Origin: Cryomorphaceae bacterium
GTDB taxonomy: Bacteria > Bacteroidota > Bacteroidia > Flavobacteriales > Schleiferiaceae
DNA: 64,000 nt
Direction of reading: 5' to 3'
NCBI GenBank assembly: GCA_020832345.1
Contig: JAFIEY010000155.1
Span: 4,581 to 68,580 of the forward strand
This document shows, one piece after another, positions 39,896-50,598 of the stretch (position 1 is the stretch's first letter; every line of letters starts with the position of its first letter). The translations under genes were made by a program, and so were the position numbers. The notes below the pieces were generated by a model. That model saw only the letters and a program-made list of their open reading frames with translations, was not told the DNA's origin and did no database searches.

Positions 39896-40806
39896 TTGGG
39901 CAGAATAACTTTCCCGGTACGGGGATCTTTTTTGGGCGCTTTATCGGGCAGTTTTTCTTTGAGACCTGAATCGAAGGTGACACCCTCCTCAAGTTTCCAC
40001 TTGCCTTTTTCAAAAACCAACCCGTCGTAACTAAAGTCGGGCCCGTAATGCATCCATTGTCTAAGCGGAAAACCTTCCGGTGGCGCCAAATGATCCAGCA
40101 CGATCATGTCTTCTTTTTCCATGTATTTAAAGGAAGCGCTTACCCGTGCCGAATAGTTAAAAAACAAACGATGGGGTGGTCGTTCGTAAATTCGATCCAT
40201 CAACTTTGGGGTTTCAAATATTTTGGCGCCAAATCGAGGTATGCCGTCTTTCGCAATGTGAATGACATCAATGATTTTTTGTTGAACATTTTCATCGAGC
40301 GGACGGTAACCCATCAACATATAATAGGTTTCGCGTTTCTCTTTAACCTCAAAAATCTGATAATACAAAGCCCCGTACCACCTATCGGGTTTCATCATCA
40401 TATATTCTGGATTGATCAAAGATTCGAAGGCGTCGGTAAATACATAGCGCGCAAAGTCGTTTTTTTTCTTTCGCACGATGAGCATCCCTCGAAACTGCTG
40501 TTTGCCGGGCACATCCGGAATCATCCATGAAAAAATTCTCAGATTCTTGTCAGGACTCAACAATACCGATAAGTTTTTTACCTCCGAGAAGTCCTCTTCA
40601 AAAGCATCGTTGCTGTTGTCGAGCACATCCATCAAAAGATCCGAAAAAGCGTCGCTGGCTTCCAGGCGATCTTCCATTTTCTTTTCGAGCATGATGTTTC
40701 CACCCAAATCCGCGAGCATTTTAATATCCTCGACAAGTGTTTGGGCAAAAAGTCCAACCGGAAAAAAAAGTATAATCAATGAATATCGCATGCTGATAAA
40801 ACGCAA
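39892..40806 (-). CDS. Hypothetical secreted protein
   Basis: 304 aa with a signal-peptide-like N-terminus. Its 4-nt overlap with rsmA implies the same operon. I recognise no motif. Confidence 0.55.
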   Translation of the reverse strand: MRFISMRYSLIILFFPVGLFAQTLVEDIKMLADLGGNIMLEKKMEDRLEASDAFSDLLMDVLDNSNDAFEEDFSEVKNLSVLLSPDKNLRIFSWMIPDVPGKQQFRGMLIVRKKKNDFARYVFTDAFESLINPEYMMMKPDRWYGALYYQIFEVKEKRETYYMLMGYRPLDENVQQKIIDVIHIAKDGIPRFGAKIFETPKLMDRIYERPPHRLFFNYSARVSASFKYMEKEDMIVLDHLAPPEGFPLRQWMHYGPDFSYDGLVFEKGKWKLEEGVTFDSGLKEKLPDKAPKKDPRTGKVILPK

Positions 40807-40834
40807 AAGTTAGGGAAAGATTTTACAAATGAGT

Positions 40835-41185
40835 TTAATCCAGATGCAGAAAATCCTTTTTGGTAAAAAGCTCATCTTCGGACTCCACGTGATCCTCATC
40901 TGGCACACAGCAATCGACCGGACAAACGGCGGCACATTGAGGCTCTTCGTGAAAACCAATACATTCCGTACACTTATCCGTAACGATATAGTACAAATCG
41001 TAACTCACGGGTTCTTGCGCATCGTCGGCATCGTAAGTTTTACCGCTCTTGGGTGTCACATTTCCCTGAAGGGAAGTGCCATCAGCAAAACGCCATTCCA
41101 CACCACCTTCATAGATGGCATTGTTGGGGCACTCGGGCTCACACGCCCCACAATTGATACATTCATCAGTTATTTTTATGGCCAT
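40835..41185 (-). CDS. 4Fe-4S dicluster ferredoxin
   Basis: 116 aa with [12 protein letters not shown] and [10 protein letters not shown] cluster motifs. Confidence 0.88.
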   Translation of the reverse strand: MAIKITDECINCGACEPECPNNAIYEGGVEWRFADGTSLQGNVTPKSGKTYDADDAQEPVSYDLYYIVTDKCTECIGFHEEPQCAAVCPVDCCVPDEDHVESEDELFTKKDFLHLD

Positions 41186-41253
41186 TTTTTTAAAGTTTAA
41201 AGTCTCACAAAAAATTCAGCGACATGCACTGCAAACAAATACAAACCATAAGC

Positions 41254-41310
41254 TGAGACTGCTCTAAAAAGTCCCATTCTGCCAAAATCATCCTTTTTAG
41301 AGTGGACTCA
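41254..41310 (+). mobile_element. Family-1 element, 57-bp short form
   Basis: TGAGACTGCTCTAAAAAGTCCCATTCTGCCAAAATC|ATCCTTTTTAGAGTGGACTCA. Confidence 0.85.
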
Positions 41311-41526
41311 TAAGTTTATTCTTGCACAATCTGCCTTCATTGGTCTAATCTCATCAACAAAGGTACGAACACAGATGTTTTCCCTTGTCCAAAATTCCGA
41401 CCCATTTGGGGGAATTATCATTGCGGTTGTCGCCTCAACAAAAAGCTGAATAGACCATAAGACAACATCCTGCTAAACAGCAAAATTCCAACCAGAAACC
41501 ATCTAATATTATCACAATAATCCGGC

Positions 41527-41570
41527 ATAAAAAACCGCAGACAGGAATTTTCCCATCTGCGGTCTTTTTT
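41527..41570. terminator. Bidirectional rho-independent terminator-like hairpin
   Basis: 8-bp stem accgcaga/tctgcggt (41534-41541 and 41556-41563), flanked by an A-run on the left and cTTTTTT on the right. Confidence 0.55.
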
Positions 41571-41584
41571 AGAATAATCAAATA

Positions 41585-41670
41585 TGAGTCTGCTCTAAAA
41601 AGTCCCTTTCTGCCAAAATCTTCCTTGTGGGTAGATTTTGATTGAAATCATCCTTTTTGGAGTGGACTCA
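41585..41670 (+). mobile_element. Family-1 element, internally deleted (86 bp)
   Basis: Both termini are intact and the junction is GTAGATTTT|GATTGAAATC. Confidence 0.85.
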
Positions 41671-41711
41671 AAGTTTTCTTAAAAAGCCTTATTGAAAAAT
41701 CTGGCTACCAT

Positions 41712-41836
41712 GTCTTTGATAAGAAAACCCCAAAGACAAGGCTTTCAAAGTTTTTGAATCCAAGGCGCTTATATAAAATAAGTAACTGATTCAAAAACTT
41801 TGAGTAACGCAGTATTTGGAGTTTTCTTGCAAAGAC
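41712..41836 (-). repeat. Family-2 palindromic post-stop element (copy after groEL)
   Basis: In gene orientation it reads GTCTTTGCAAGAAAAC...CAAAGTTTTTGAATC-loop-GGATTCAAAAACTTTG...GTTTTCTTATCAAAGAC. It starts 3 nt after the groEL TAA stop. By eye it is about 80% identical to 58671-58793. Confidence 0.8.
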
Positions 41837-41839
41837 AAA

Positions 41840-43480
<1,641 letters not shown>

Positions 43481-43509
43481 TTATTTTGATTGATTAAATT
43501 AAAAATTGT

Positions 43510-43788
43510 TTAGATAATTGCGTAAATATCTGATTCACGCATGATAAGGTAGTCTTTGCCATTGAGGTGCAGTTCCGTACCGGAATATTTTCCGTACAGA
43601 ACATCATCGCCAACTTTTACCGTGATAGGCTCATCGGGCTTTCCATTACCTACGGCAACGACTTTGCCTTTTTGTGGTTTTTCTTGAGCGGTATCGGGAA
43701 TGATAATCCCGGAAGCAGTCTTTGTTTCTGCAGCAGCGGGTTCTACCAAAACCCGGTCTGCTAATGGGCGAATGTTTACGTCAGACAT
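43510..43788 (-). CDS. groS: Co-chaperonin GroES
   Basis: 92 aa. [12 protein letters not shown]...[24 protein letters not shown]. Confidence 0.95.
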   Translation of the reverse strand: MSDVNIRPLADRVLVEPAAAETKTASGIIIPDTAQEKPQKGKVVAVGNGKPDEPITVKVGDDVLYGKYSGTELHLNGKDYLIMRESDIYAII

Positions 43789-43852
43789 AGTTATTTTAGA
43801 TTTAGAATATTTATTTCTCGTAGGCCTTCCACAGTCACAAAATATGCCAAAT

Positions 43853-43878
43853 AGAAAAAGGAGGCCTAAGCCTCCTTT
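43853..43878 (-). terminator. Rho-independent terminator after maeB
   Basis: On the minus strand: AAGGAGGC-ttag-GCCTCCTT followed by TTTTC. Confidence 0.65.
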
Positions 43879-43920
43879 GTGTTGTCAATATGTCACTTCA
43901 ACAAAAATTCTTGTCAGTTT

Positions 43921-46197
43921 TTAGCTGTCATTTTCGCGGGTTTGGGCGTCCACTACGCCAATGGCAATCATGTTGACAATTTCGCGAACCGAACAGCCCA
44001 TTTGCAGAATATGGGCCGGCTTGTTTAGTCCGAGCAATATGGGGCCCACGGCTTCTGCTGCGCCAAATTCTTGCAGCAATTTGTAGGCAATATTACCCGA
44101 AGCCAGAGAGGGGAAAATAAAAATATTTGGACGGTTTCCAACCAAATCACTAAAGGGAAAATTCTCTTTTAGCAAATCATTATTTATTGCAAAATTCGCC
44201 TGCATTTCGCCGTCAACCACAATTTCGGGATAATCCCTGCGAAGGATATTTGCCGCATCGCGCATTTTCCGGGGCACATCACCTTCGTGCGAACCAAAAT
44301 TGGAAAATGACAAAAGGGCTACCTTGGGTTTGAGGTTGATTCTGCGGAGGATTTTTGAGGTGTGAACAGTGATTTCCACGAGATCCTCAACGGTTGGATT
44401 CACGTTGATGGTGGTATCCGAAAAAAACAATGGCCCCCGTTTGGTCAGCATGATATACATGCCGGCCGCTTTACTTACCCCCGGAGCGGTCCCTATAGTT
44501 TGAAATACATTTTTGGCCACTTCCGGGTATTTGCGAGTCGTTCCGCTGATGAACACATCCGCATCGCCTTCCCTTAGCATCATACTGCCGAAGAAGTTCC
44601 GCTCACGCATCATCTTTTTGGCGTCAACTCTGGTCACACCCCGACGTTTGCGGTGTAGCCAAAAAGCTTCAGCGTATTTATCATTGATTGGGCCTTCTTC
44701 TTTGGGATCAATAATGGTGCAATCCTCCAATCCGGTAAGCTGATATTCTTTAATGATTTGCTCAATGGTCTTGCGTTTTCCCAAAAGAATAGGAATGGCA
44801 ATACCTTCGTCCAAAGCAATTTGTGCAGCTTTCAACACCTTAAAAGTATCCGCCTCGGGAAGCACCACGCGCTTGGGATTTGCCCTAGCACGCTCAATGG
44901 CCAAACGGATAAACTTGTCGTCGCGACCCAAGCGATTGATCAGGCCTTCACGATAGTCGTCCCAATTATCAATGGGGTTTTGCGCCACCCCGCTTTCCAT
45001 GGCGGCCTTGGCAACAGCCGGCGCAATGGTGTAAATCAATCGGGGATCAAAGGGTTTGGGAATAATGTAGTTGGGACCAAACTGAAGGTTGCGCTGATTA
45101 TATGCAATGTTCACAATCTCCGGAACGGGTTCTCGTGCAAGTGCAGCCAAAGCGTGTACCGCGGCCAATTTCATTTCCTCATTAATGGACTTCGCCCGGA
45201 CGTCCAAAGCGCCCCGAAAGATGAAAGGAAATCCCAACACGTTGTTGACTTGATTGGGGTGATCACTTCGTCCGGTTGCCATAATCAAATCCTTTCGAAC
45301 CGAAACCGCCTTGTTGTACGCAATTTCCGGATCGGGGTTGGCCAATGCAAAAACGATGGGTTTTTTGGCCATGCTGCGAATCATATCTTGAGTGAGGATG
45401 TTGCCACGGCTCAGCCCCACAAAAACATCTGCGCCATCAATGGCTTCCTCAAGGGTTTTTCGTCTGGTTTTGCGAGCAAAAAAAGTCTTCTCCTCGGTTA
45501 GATCTGTGCGGTCGATCGAAATGACCCCCTTGGAATCCAGCATGGTGAGATTTTCCTTTTTAACCCCCAGAGAGAGATATAATTTGGCACAACTAATGGC
45601 ACTTGCGCCGGCGCCGTTAAAAACAACTTTTACCTTGTTGACCTTTTTCTTTACCACGTGAAGTGCATTGATCAATGCCGCACCAGATATGATGGCCGTA
45701 CCGTGTTGGTCGTCGTGCATCACGGGAATGTCCAGTTCGTCGCGAAGGCGTTTTTCAATATAAAAGCAATCCGGGGCGGAAATATCTTCTAAATTGATGC
45801 CCCCAAAAGTGGGTGACATGATTTTGACTGCTTCAACAAATTTCTCTGGATCCTTGGTGTCCATTTCGATATCAAAAACATCGATGTCGGAGAATATTTT
45901 AAACAACAAGCCTTTACCTTCCATTACAGGTTTTGAGGCCAATGGGCCAATATCGCCAAGTCCCAAAACGGCCGTACCATTTGAGATAACCGCCACGAGG
46001 TTTCCCTTGGCGGTATATTTATAGGCATCGTCGGGGTTTTTCGCAATTTCTTTACAAGGCTCGGCCACACCTGGGGAATAGGCTGTTGCCAGATCCCGCT
46101 GACTGTTACTCGGTTTTGAGGGAATAACCTCAATCTTACCGGGTCGCCCTTGGCTGTGATAATCTAATATGTCTTTCTTGTTCAATACTTTACTCAT
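43921..46197 (-). CDS. maeB: NADP-dependent malic enzyme (malic enzyme plus phosphotransacetylase-like domain)
   Basis: About 758 aa from ATG 46197 ([14 protein letters not shown]). [29 protein letters not shown] and FNGAGASA, followed by a PTA-like C-terminal half. It overlaps hflX by 8 nt. Confidence 0.9.
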   Translation of the reverse strand: MSKVLNKKDILDYHSQGRPGKIEVIPSKPSNSQRDLATAYSPGVAEPCKEIAKNPDDAYKYTAKGNLVAVISNGTAVLGLGDIGPLASKPVMEGKGLLFKIFSDIDVFDIEMDTKDPEKFVEAVKIMSPTFGGINLEDISAPDCFYIEKRLRDELDIPVMHDDQHGTAIISGAALINALHVVKKKVNKVKVVFNGAGASAISCAKLYLSLGVKKENLTMLDSKGVISIDRTDLTEEKTFFARKTRRKTLEEAIDGADVFVGLSRGNILTQDMIRSMAKKPIVFALANPDPEIAYNKAVSVRKDLIMATGRSDHPNQVNNVLGFPFIFRGALDVRAKSINEEMKLAAVHALAALAREPVPEIVNIAYNQRNLQFGPNYIIPKPFDPRLIYTIAPAVAKAAMESGVAQNPIDNWDDYREGLINRLGRDDKFIRLAIERARANPKRVVLPEADTFKVLKAAQIALDEGIAIPILLGKRKTIEQIIKEYQLTGLEDCTIIDPKEEGPINDKYAEAFWLHRKRRGVTRVDAKKMMRERNFFGSMMLREGDADVFISGTTRKYPEVAKNVFQTIGTAPGVSKAAGMYIMLTKRGPLFFSDTTINVNPTVEDLVEITVHTSKILRRINLKPKVALLSFSNFGSHEGDVPRKMRDAANILRRDYPEIVVDGEMQANFAINNDLLKENFPFSDLVGNRPNIFIFPSLASGNIAYKLLQEFGAAEAVGPILLGLNKPAHILQMGCSVREIVNMIAIGVVDAQTRENDS

Positions 46198-47422
46198 CTT
46201 CTGGTGCTTTGATGTTCCAATAATCCGTATATCCTTCGGAGAAAGGATAGCGTTCGTCACGAATGGTGATTATGAGTGAGTGAAGTTTTTTTCTGAATTC
46301 TTCCAGATTTATTCTTTCCTGTGCAGAGATAAAAACCACATTATCCCCCATTCGATTCATCCACGTTTGCTTCCAATCCTGGAGGCTCATGTGGCGTTTT
46401 TCTTTGGGACTGAGGTCATCTTCATCCTGCACGGCGTGCTGAAATGCGTCTATTTTATTAAAAACCAACAAAGTTTCTTTCTCTTCGCCGCTGATTTCCA
46501 TCAGGGTCTCTTGCACCGTTTTAATGTGATCTTCAAAGTACGGATGAGAAATATCGACCACGTGGATTAACAAATCGGCCTCACGCACTTCGTCCAGGGT
46601 TGATTTAAAGGACTCGACCAATTGGGTGGGAAGTTTGCGAATAAACCCAACTGTATCGCTGAGTAGGAATTTTATACCTTCATGGAAAACCTTTCGCACA
46701 GTTGTATCCAGGGTTGCAAAGAGTTTATTCTCGGCAAAAACCTCGGATTTAGAAATGAGATTCATGATGGTTGATTTGCCCACATTGGTATAGCCGACCA
46801 GTGCAACCCGTACCATGCGATCTCTGGATTTTCGCTGGGTGGCCATTTGTTGGTCAATTTTTCCTAACCGTTCCTTGAGCAAGGCAATTTTTTGGGTAAT
46901 GATACGCCGGTCGGTTTCGATTTGCGTTTCACCGGGACCGCGCATACCAATACCGCCCTTTTGCCTTTCGAGGTGGGTCCACATTTTGGACAACCGTGGG
47001 AGTAAGTATTGATATTGTGCAAGCTCAACCTGGGTCCGCGAATGCGCCGTACGGGCTCTTGCAGCGAAGATGTCGAGAATAAGATTGGTTCTGTCCATCA
47101 CCTTTTGATCAAAAACCTTTTCCAGATTTTTGATTTGCGAGGGGGACAATTCGTCGTCAAAAATTATTAAATCGACTTTGTGTTCCTTGACGTAGTCGTC
47201 AATTTCCTTAACTTTTCCAATACCCAAGTAGGTACGAGGATGCGTAACAGTGAGTTTTTGGGTGAATCGCTTTAGGGTAACTGCGCCTGCAGTTTCGGCC
47301 AAAAACTCCAATTCATCCAAATATTCTGCGAGTTCATCATCGGACATATTTCGGGTTTGCGCACCGATTAAGACAGCCGTTTCGGCTTTTTCTTGTTTGG
47401 GATCTTTCTTTCTTTCTAGCAT
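46190..47422 (-). CDS. hflX: GTPase HflX
   Basis: ALVGYTNVGKST (G1), LSDTVGF (G3) and FNKID (G4), plus the HflX N-domain. ATG at 47422 (MLERKK); the track start 47440 is a TTG. Confidence 0.9.
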   Translation of the reverse strand: MLERKKDPKQEKAETAVLIGAQTRNMSDDELAEYLDELEFLAETAGAVTLKRFTQKLTVTHPRTYLGIGKVKEIDDYVKEHKVDLIIFDDELSPSQIKNLEKVFDQKVMDRTNLILDIFAARARTAHSRTQVELAQYQYLLPRLSKMWTHLERQKGGIGMRGPGETQIETDRRIITQKIALLKERLGKIDQQMATQRKSRDRMVRVALVGYTNVGKSTIMNLISKSEVFAENKLFATLDTTVRKVFHEGIKFLLSDTVGFIRKLPTQLVESFKSTLDEVREADLLIHVVDISHPYFEDHIKTVQETLMEISGEEKETLLVFNKIDAFQHAVQDEDDLSPKEKRHMSLQDWKQTWMNRMGDNVVFISAQERINLEEFRKKLHSLIITIRDERYPFSEGYTDYWNIKAPEDE

Positions 47423-47440
47423 AAAAGGGTTTGCGGCCAA

Positions 47441-47887
47441 TTACAACATTCCCCACCACATCTTATAAGGGATGCGGGTAAGAAATAGCACCAAGCCAAT
47501 GGAGAAAAACAATAGAATGTTTTTGTATTTAAGCACATCGCCCTGCGCTCTTTTAGCCCGGGAAGATCCAATGGTAACTGCGATAACGCCGAGAATATTA
47601 ACGGTAATATGCTCAACGGCAATCAGTCGCAAAGAGGGATCCGACATGGCGCTACCAAAGTCTTGAAAAGCACTTTTGGTAAGCGGGCTTAAAAAGGCGT
47701 AAAGTGCCAGACCGACGAGTAGCTGCAAATGTGAGGCAGCAACTACGATGCTGCCAAATTTGCGATCACCTGGGCCAAATGGCTTTTTACTCCGAAGACC
47801 TATTACATACTTTGTAATGGCAATGATTAATAAAATAAGAACGACATACGCGAGCGTAGAGTGCAAGTGTTTAAAACCAGTGTACAT
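47441..47887 (-). CDS. Hypothetical 4-TM membrane protein
   Basis: 148 aa with four hydrophobic segments, directly upstream of hflX. Confidence 0.55.
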   Translation of the reverse strand: MYTGFKHLHSTLAYVVLILLIIAITKYVIGLRSKKPFGPGDRKFGSIVVAASHLQLLVGLALYAFLSPLTKSAFQDFGSAMSDPSLRLIAVEHITVNILGVIAVTIGSSRAKRAQGDVLKYKNILLFFSIGLVLFLTRIPYKMWWGML

Positions 47888-48035
47888 GTTTTATCAATTT
47901 AGTGAATTCGTCAAAAGTACAGTACATTGGAGCAATCTGCCAAGAATTTTTTACACCGAAGCGTGCATATTCCTGTTCAATCAGAAAGGGTGTGATTATG
48001 CAGATGGGGTGGTGATTCCGCGACAGATATTGAAA

Positions 48036-48530
48036 CTATTGACCTTTGCGTTTTTCGTTTTTCTGGATTATCATATCCAGACAACGGGTTAATTTGCGGA
48101 TATTTCCACCACTTAGGAAGGTAACATCGAGCTTTCTAGTGCGAGTTTGTTGTGATGCAGAACTGGTGGTAATGCTCACAATCTTACGAAAACCCTTCTT
48201 TTCCAATTGATAAGACAGAACTGATCGTTTGGGGAATTCTGATGAACCGTAGTAGGAGCTGATTTTTACGCTGCGCAGAAGCGGTCGGTCAACCATGTGG
48301 ATGATTTCGTAGTCCACCTTAAAATCGACTCTTCGCGTACGCAAAATAAAGTATCCTAAGATGGCAATTACGAGAACCATCCAATACCAATAATTATCAA
48401 TCTCAATACCGAGCGTTCCGGGAATAGATCCCAGAATTAATATGATTAACAAAAAAGCAATGAGCAACAGGCCTAAAATCTTAAGTAGATTTACCGTAAT
48501 TCCATTACTTATATAAACATTCTTATCCAT
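48036..48530 (-). CDS. Hypothetical membrane protein (2 N-terminal TM segments plus a soluble C-domain)
   Basis: 164 aa. I recognise no motif. Confidence 0.5.
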   Translation of the reverse strand: MDKNVYISNGITVNLLKILGLLLIAFLLIILILGSIPGTLGIEIDNYWYWMVLVIAILGYFILRTRRVDFKVDYEIIHMVDRPLLRSVKISSYYGSSEFPKRSVLSYQLEKKGFRKIVSITTSSASQQTRTRKLDVTFLSGGNIRKLTRCLDMIIQKNEKRKGQ

Positions 48531-48666
48531 TCAAAAGTGTGCTAGAGTGTAGTGTGTGTTTCCGTTTGCTGTGAGTGGCGGGGCTAAAGTTTGAATTTTT
48601 TCTACGTAAAAGGGTAGTAATACCCTTAAAAGCACAAAAGTAAACATAGCGGTCGATAAAAAAAAA

Positions 48667-49239
48667 TTATCGATAAAATAATTGTTCATCAATGTGCTTC
48701 CAGATGGATTCCGGTAGCATTTGGCTTAATGGTTTTTGGTTTTGTATTGATTTCCTAATAGATGAGGATGATATTTCGATGAGTGGTAAATCATAGATGT
48801 GAACATTTTTATGTGAAAAAAAATCTCCGCCTGGCGCGTGCCCCGGACGTGGGTAAATTAACAATTCTTCACAGGAAAGTATCCTTTCTCCCGCCTTCCA
48901 TTTGTGCAAATTTATCAAACTATCACTGCCAAGAATCAGGCCGAATTCCTTTTCCGGATGCGTTTTTTTAATAAAGTCCAAACTGTCGATGGTATAGGAT
49001 GGCTGGGGTAATTGGAACTCGATATTGGACGCCCGTAAATAGGAAATATCTTTAGTGGCAAGCGCTACCATGTCCAATCGGTGATATTGATCCAATAAAC
49101 TGTCCTTCTTTTTGTGGGGATTGTGCGGACTGACCACAAACCAAACTTCGTCCAATTGCGCGGCGAAATACATGGCCTGAGCCACAATCATGTGACCAAC
49201 GTGTATGGGGTTAAATGATCCGAAAAATAATCCTGTCAT
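48667..49239 (-). CDS. nadD: Nicotinate-nucleotide adenylyltransferase
   Basis: 190 aa with the GLFFGSFNPIHVGHM (HxGH) motif and ISSSSIR. Confidence 0.9.
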   Translation of the reverse strand: MTGLFFGSFNPIHVGHMIVAQAMYFAAQLDEVWFVVSPHNPHKKKDSLLDQYHRLDMVALATKDISYLRASNIEFQLPQPSYTIDSLDFIKKTHPEKEFGLILGSDSLINLHKWKAGERILSCEELLIYPRPGHAPGGDFFSHKNVHIYDLPLIEISSSSIRKSIQNQKPLSQMLPESIWKHIDEQLFYR

Positions 49240-49808
49240 CGGTCTAAAAAATCAGCGGCAATGCGTTCTACTTCTGTCAGAGAGGTATGAAGTTGGTCGT
49301 TGACGATCACAACGTCAAAATGTTCGGCCATTTTCATTTCGGCTTTGGCCTTCCCTACCCGCTCTACAATTTTTTGCTCACTATCGGTGGATCGGGATCT
49401 TAGGCGCTGCTCTAACACTTCGAGTGATGGTGCACGGACAAAAACAGCTAAAGCACGACTACCAAATAAGTTTTTAAGTCGAACCCCACCTTGAACATCA
49501 ATATCAAAAACAATGTTTTTTCCGGCTCGAAAAATCCTTTCTACTTCGGATTTTAAAGTGCCGTAAAAGGTGCCGGGATATACCTCCTCGTACTCCACAA
49601 AATCGCCATTGGCAATTCTTGCCTCAAATGCCTTTTGCGTGAGAAAATAATAATCTTCACCGTCTTTCTCCTCGCCTCTTGGACTGCGCGTGGTGGCGCT
49701 GATGGAGAAAGTTAAATCCTTTCGGGTTTCTAATAAGTGCCTAACAAGCGTGGTTTTACCAGCCCCACTTGGTGCAGAAAAAATAAGTAATTTACCCGTA
49801 TCTCGCAT
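49236..49808 (-). CDS. gmk: Guanylate kinase
   Basis: 190 aa with the P-loop SAPSGAGKTTLV and SATTRSPRGEEKDGEDYYF. Confidence 0.92.
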   Translation of the reverse strand: MRDTGKLLIFSAPSGAGKTTLVRHLLETRKDLTFSISATTRSPRGEEKDGEDYYFLTQKAFEARIANGDFVEYEEVYPGTFYGTLKSEVERIFRAGKNIVFDIDVQGGVRLKNLFGSRALAVFVRAPSLEVLEQRLRSRSTDSEQKIVERVGKAKAEMKMAEHFDVVIVNDQLHTSLTEVERIAADFLDR

Positions 49809-49863
49809 AGCTTGTATTGAGGCTGCAAATCTACGTTAAATAAGTTATTCCAAATACTAACTG

Positions 49864-49920
49864 TGAGTCTGCTCCAAAAAGTCCCTTTCTGCCAAAATCT
49901 TCCTTTTTCGAGTGTACTCA
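49864..49920 (+). mobile_element. Family-1 element, 57-bp short form
   Basis: Junction AAAATCTTCCTT|TTTCGAG. Exact flanking duplication actg at 49860-49863 and 49921-49924. Its last 3 nt (TCA) are the TGA stop of the minus-strand gene 49918-50592. Confidence 0.85.
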
Positions 49921-50592
49921 ACTGTTAATGTCCATAAATTTTTTCACATCATCCATCTTTCCAAAAATAATCACCAAATCACCTTTTCGGATTTTGGTTT
50001 CGGGATAAGGCACGCCCAAAATATGATGGGTTCCGCCATCATCGGCTCGCAATACAGTCACGAGATTGAGATTGTATTTCTCCCGCAAACCGATTTCCGA
50101 GAGCTTGGTGTCCCAAAGTGTATTGGGCGCAGGAATTTCTATAATTTCGTAGGTGTCGGGAAGTTGAACCGCCATCAAGACACTCGGGTTAATGAGCTGT
50201 TGTGCTACGCCATTACTGACCTCGTCTTCGATACTCATGATTTCCCGCACGCCCATTTTCTCCAATATGCGCTTTTGAATCTCATCTTGCGCCCTGGCAA
50301 TGATGCGCTCCACACCGATTTCCTGAAGAGCATAGGTGGTGAGAATCAAATCCTGAAAACTCGCACCAATGGCCACCACCACGGCATCCATATCGAGAAT
50401 GTTTTGCGACATAAGCGCCTTCGGATCCGAGGAGTCCAAACACACGGTATAGGAGAGCACCTCCTTTAGGTCTTCGACTTTATCCTCGCTAATGTCGATA
50501 CCCAAAACATCTGCTCCCAGATTGACCAATTTTTTGGCGATGGCCGTCCCGAATCGTCCCAACCCGATAACGGCAATTTTCTTTTGTTGCAT
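49918..50592 (-). CDS. TrkA/KtrA-type potassium-transporter regulatory subunit (RCK N and C domains)
   Basis: 224 aa with the Rossmann motif KIAVIGLGRFGTAIAKKL and a TrkA-C-like C-terminal half. Confidence 0.85.
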   Translation of the reverse strand: MQQKKIAVIGLGRFGTAIAKKLVNLGADVLGIDISEDKVEDLKEVLSYTVCLDSSDPKALMSQNILDMDAVVVAIGASFQDLILTTYALQEIGVERIIARAQDEIQKRILEKMGVREIMSIEDEVSNGVAQQLINPSVLMAVQLPDTYEIIEIPAPNTLWDTKLSEIGLREKYNLNLVTVLRADDGGTHHILGVPYPETKIRKGDLVIIFGKMDDVKKFMDINS

Positions 50593-50598
50593 TTTGTT

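Noticed and set aside
40829-41200. 123-aa plus-strand ORF
   Set aside because: It is exactly antisense to the well-supported 4Fe-4S ferredoxin gene.
43789-43852. CIRCE operator (TTAGCACTC-N9-GAGTGCTAA) upstream of groES
   Set aside because: No such inverted repeat is present in the groES upstream region.
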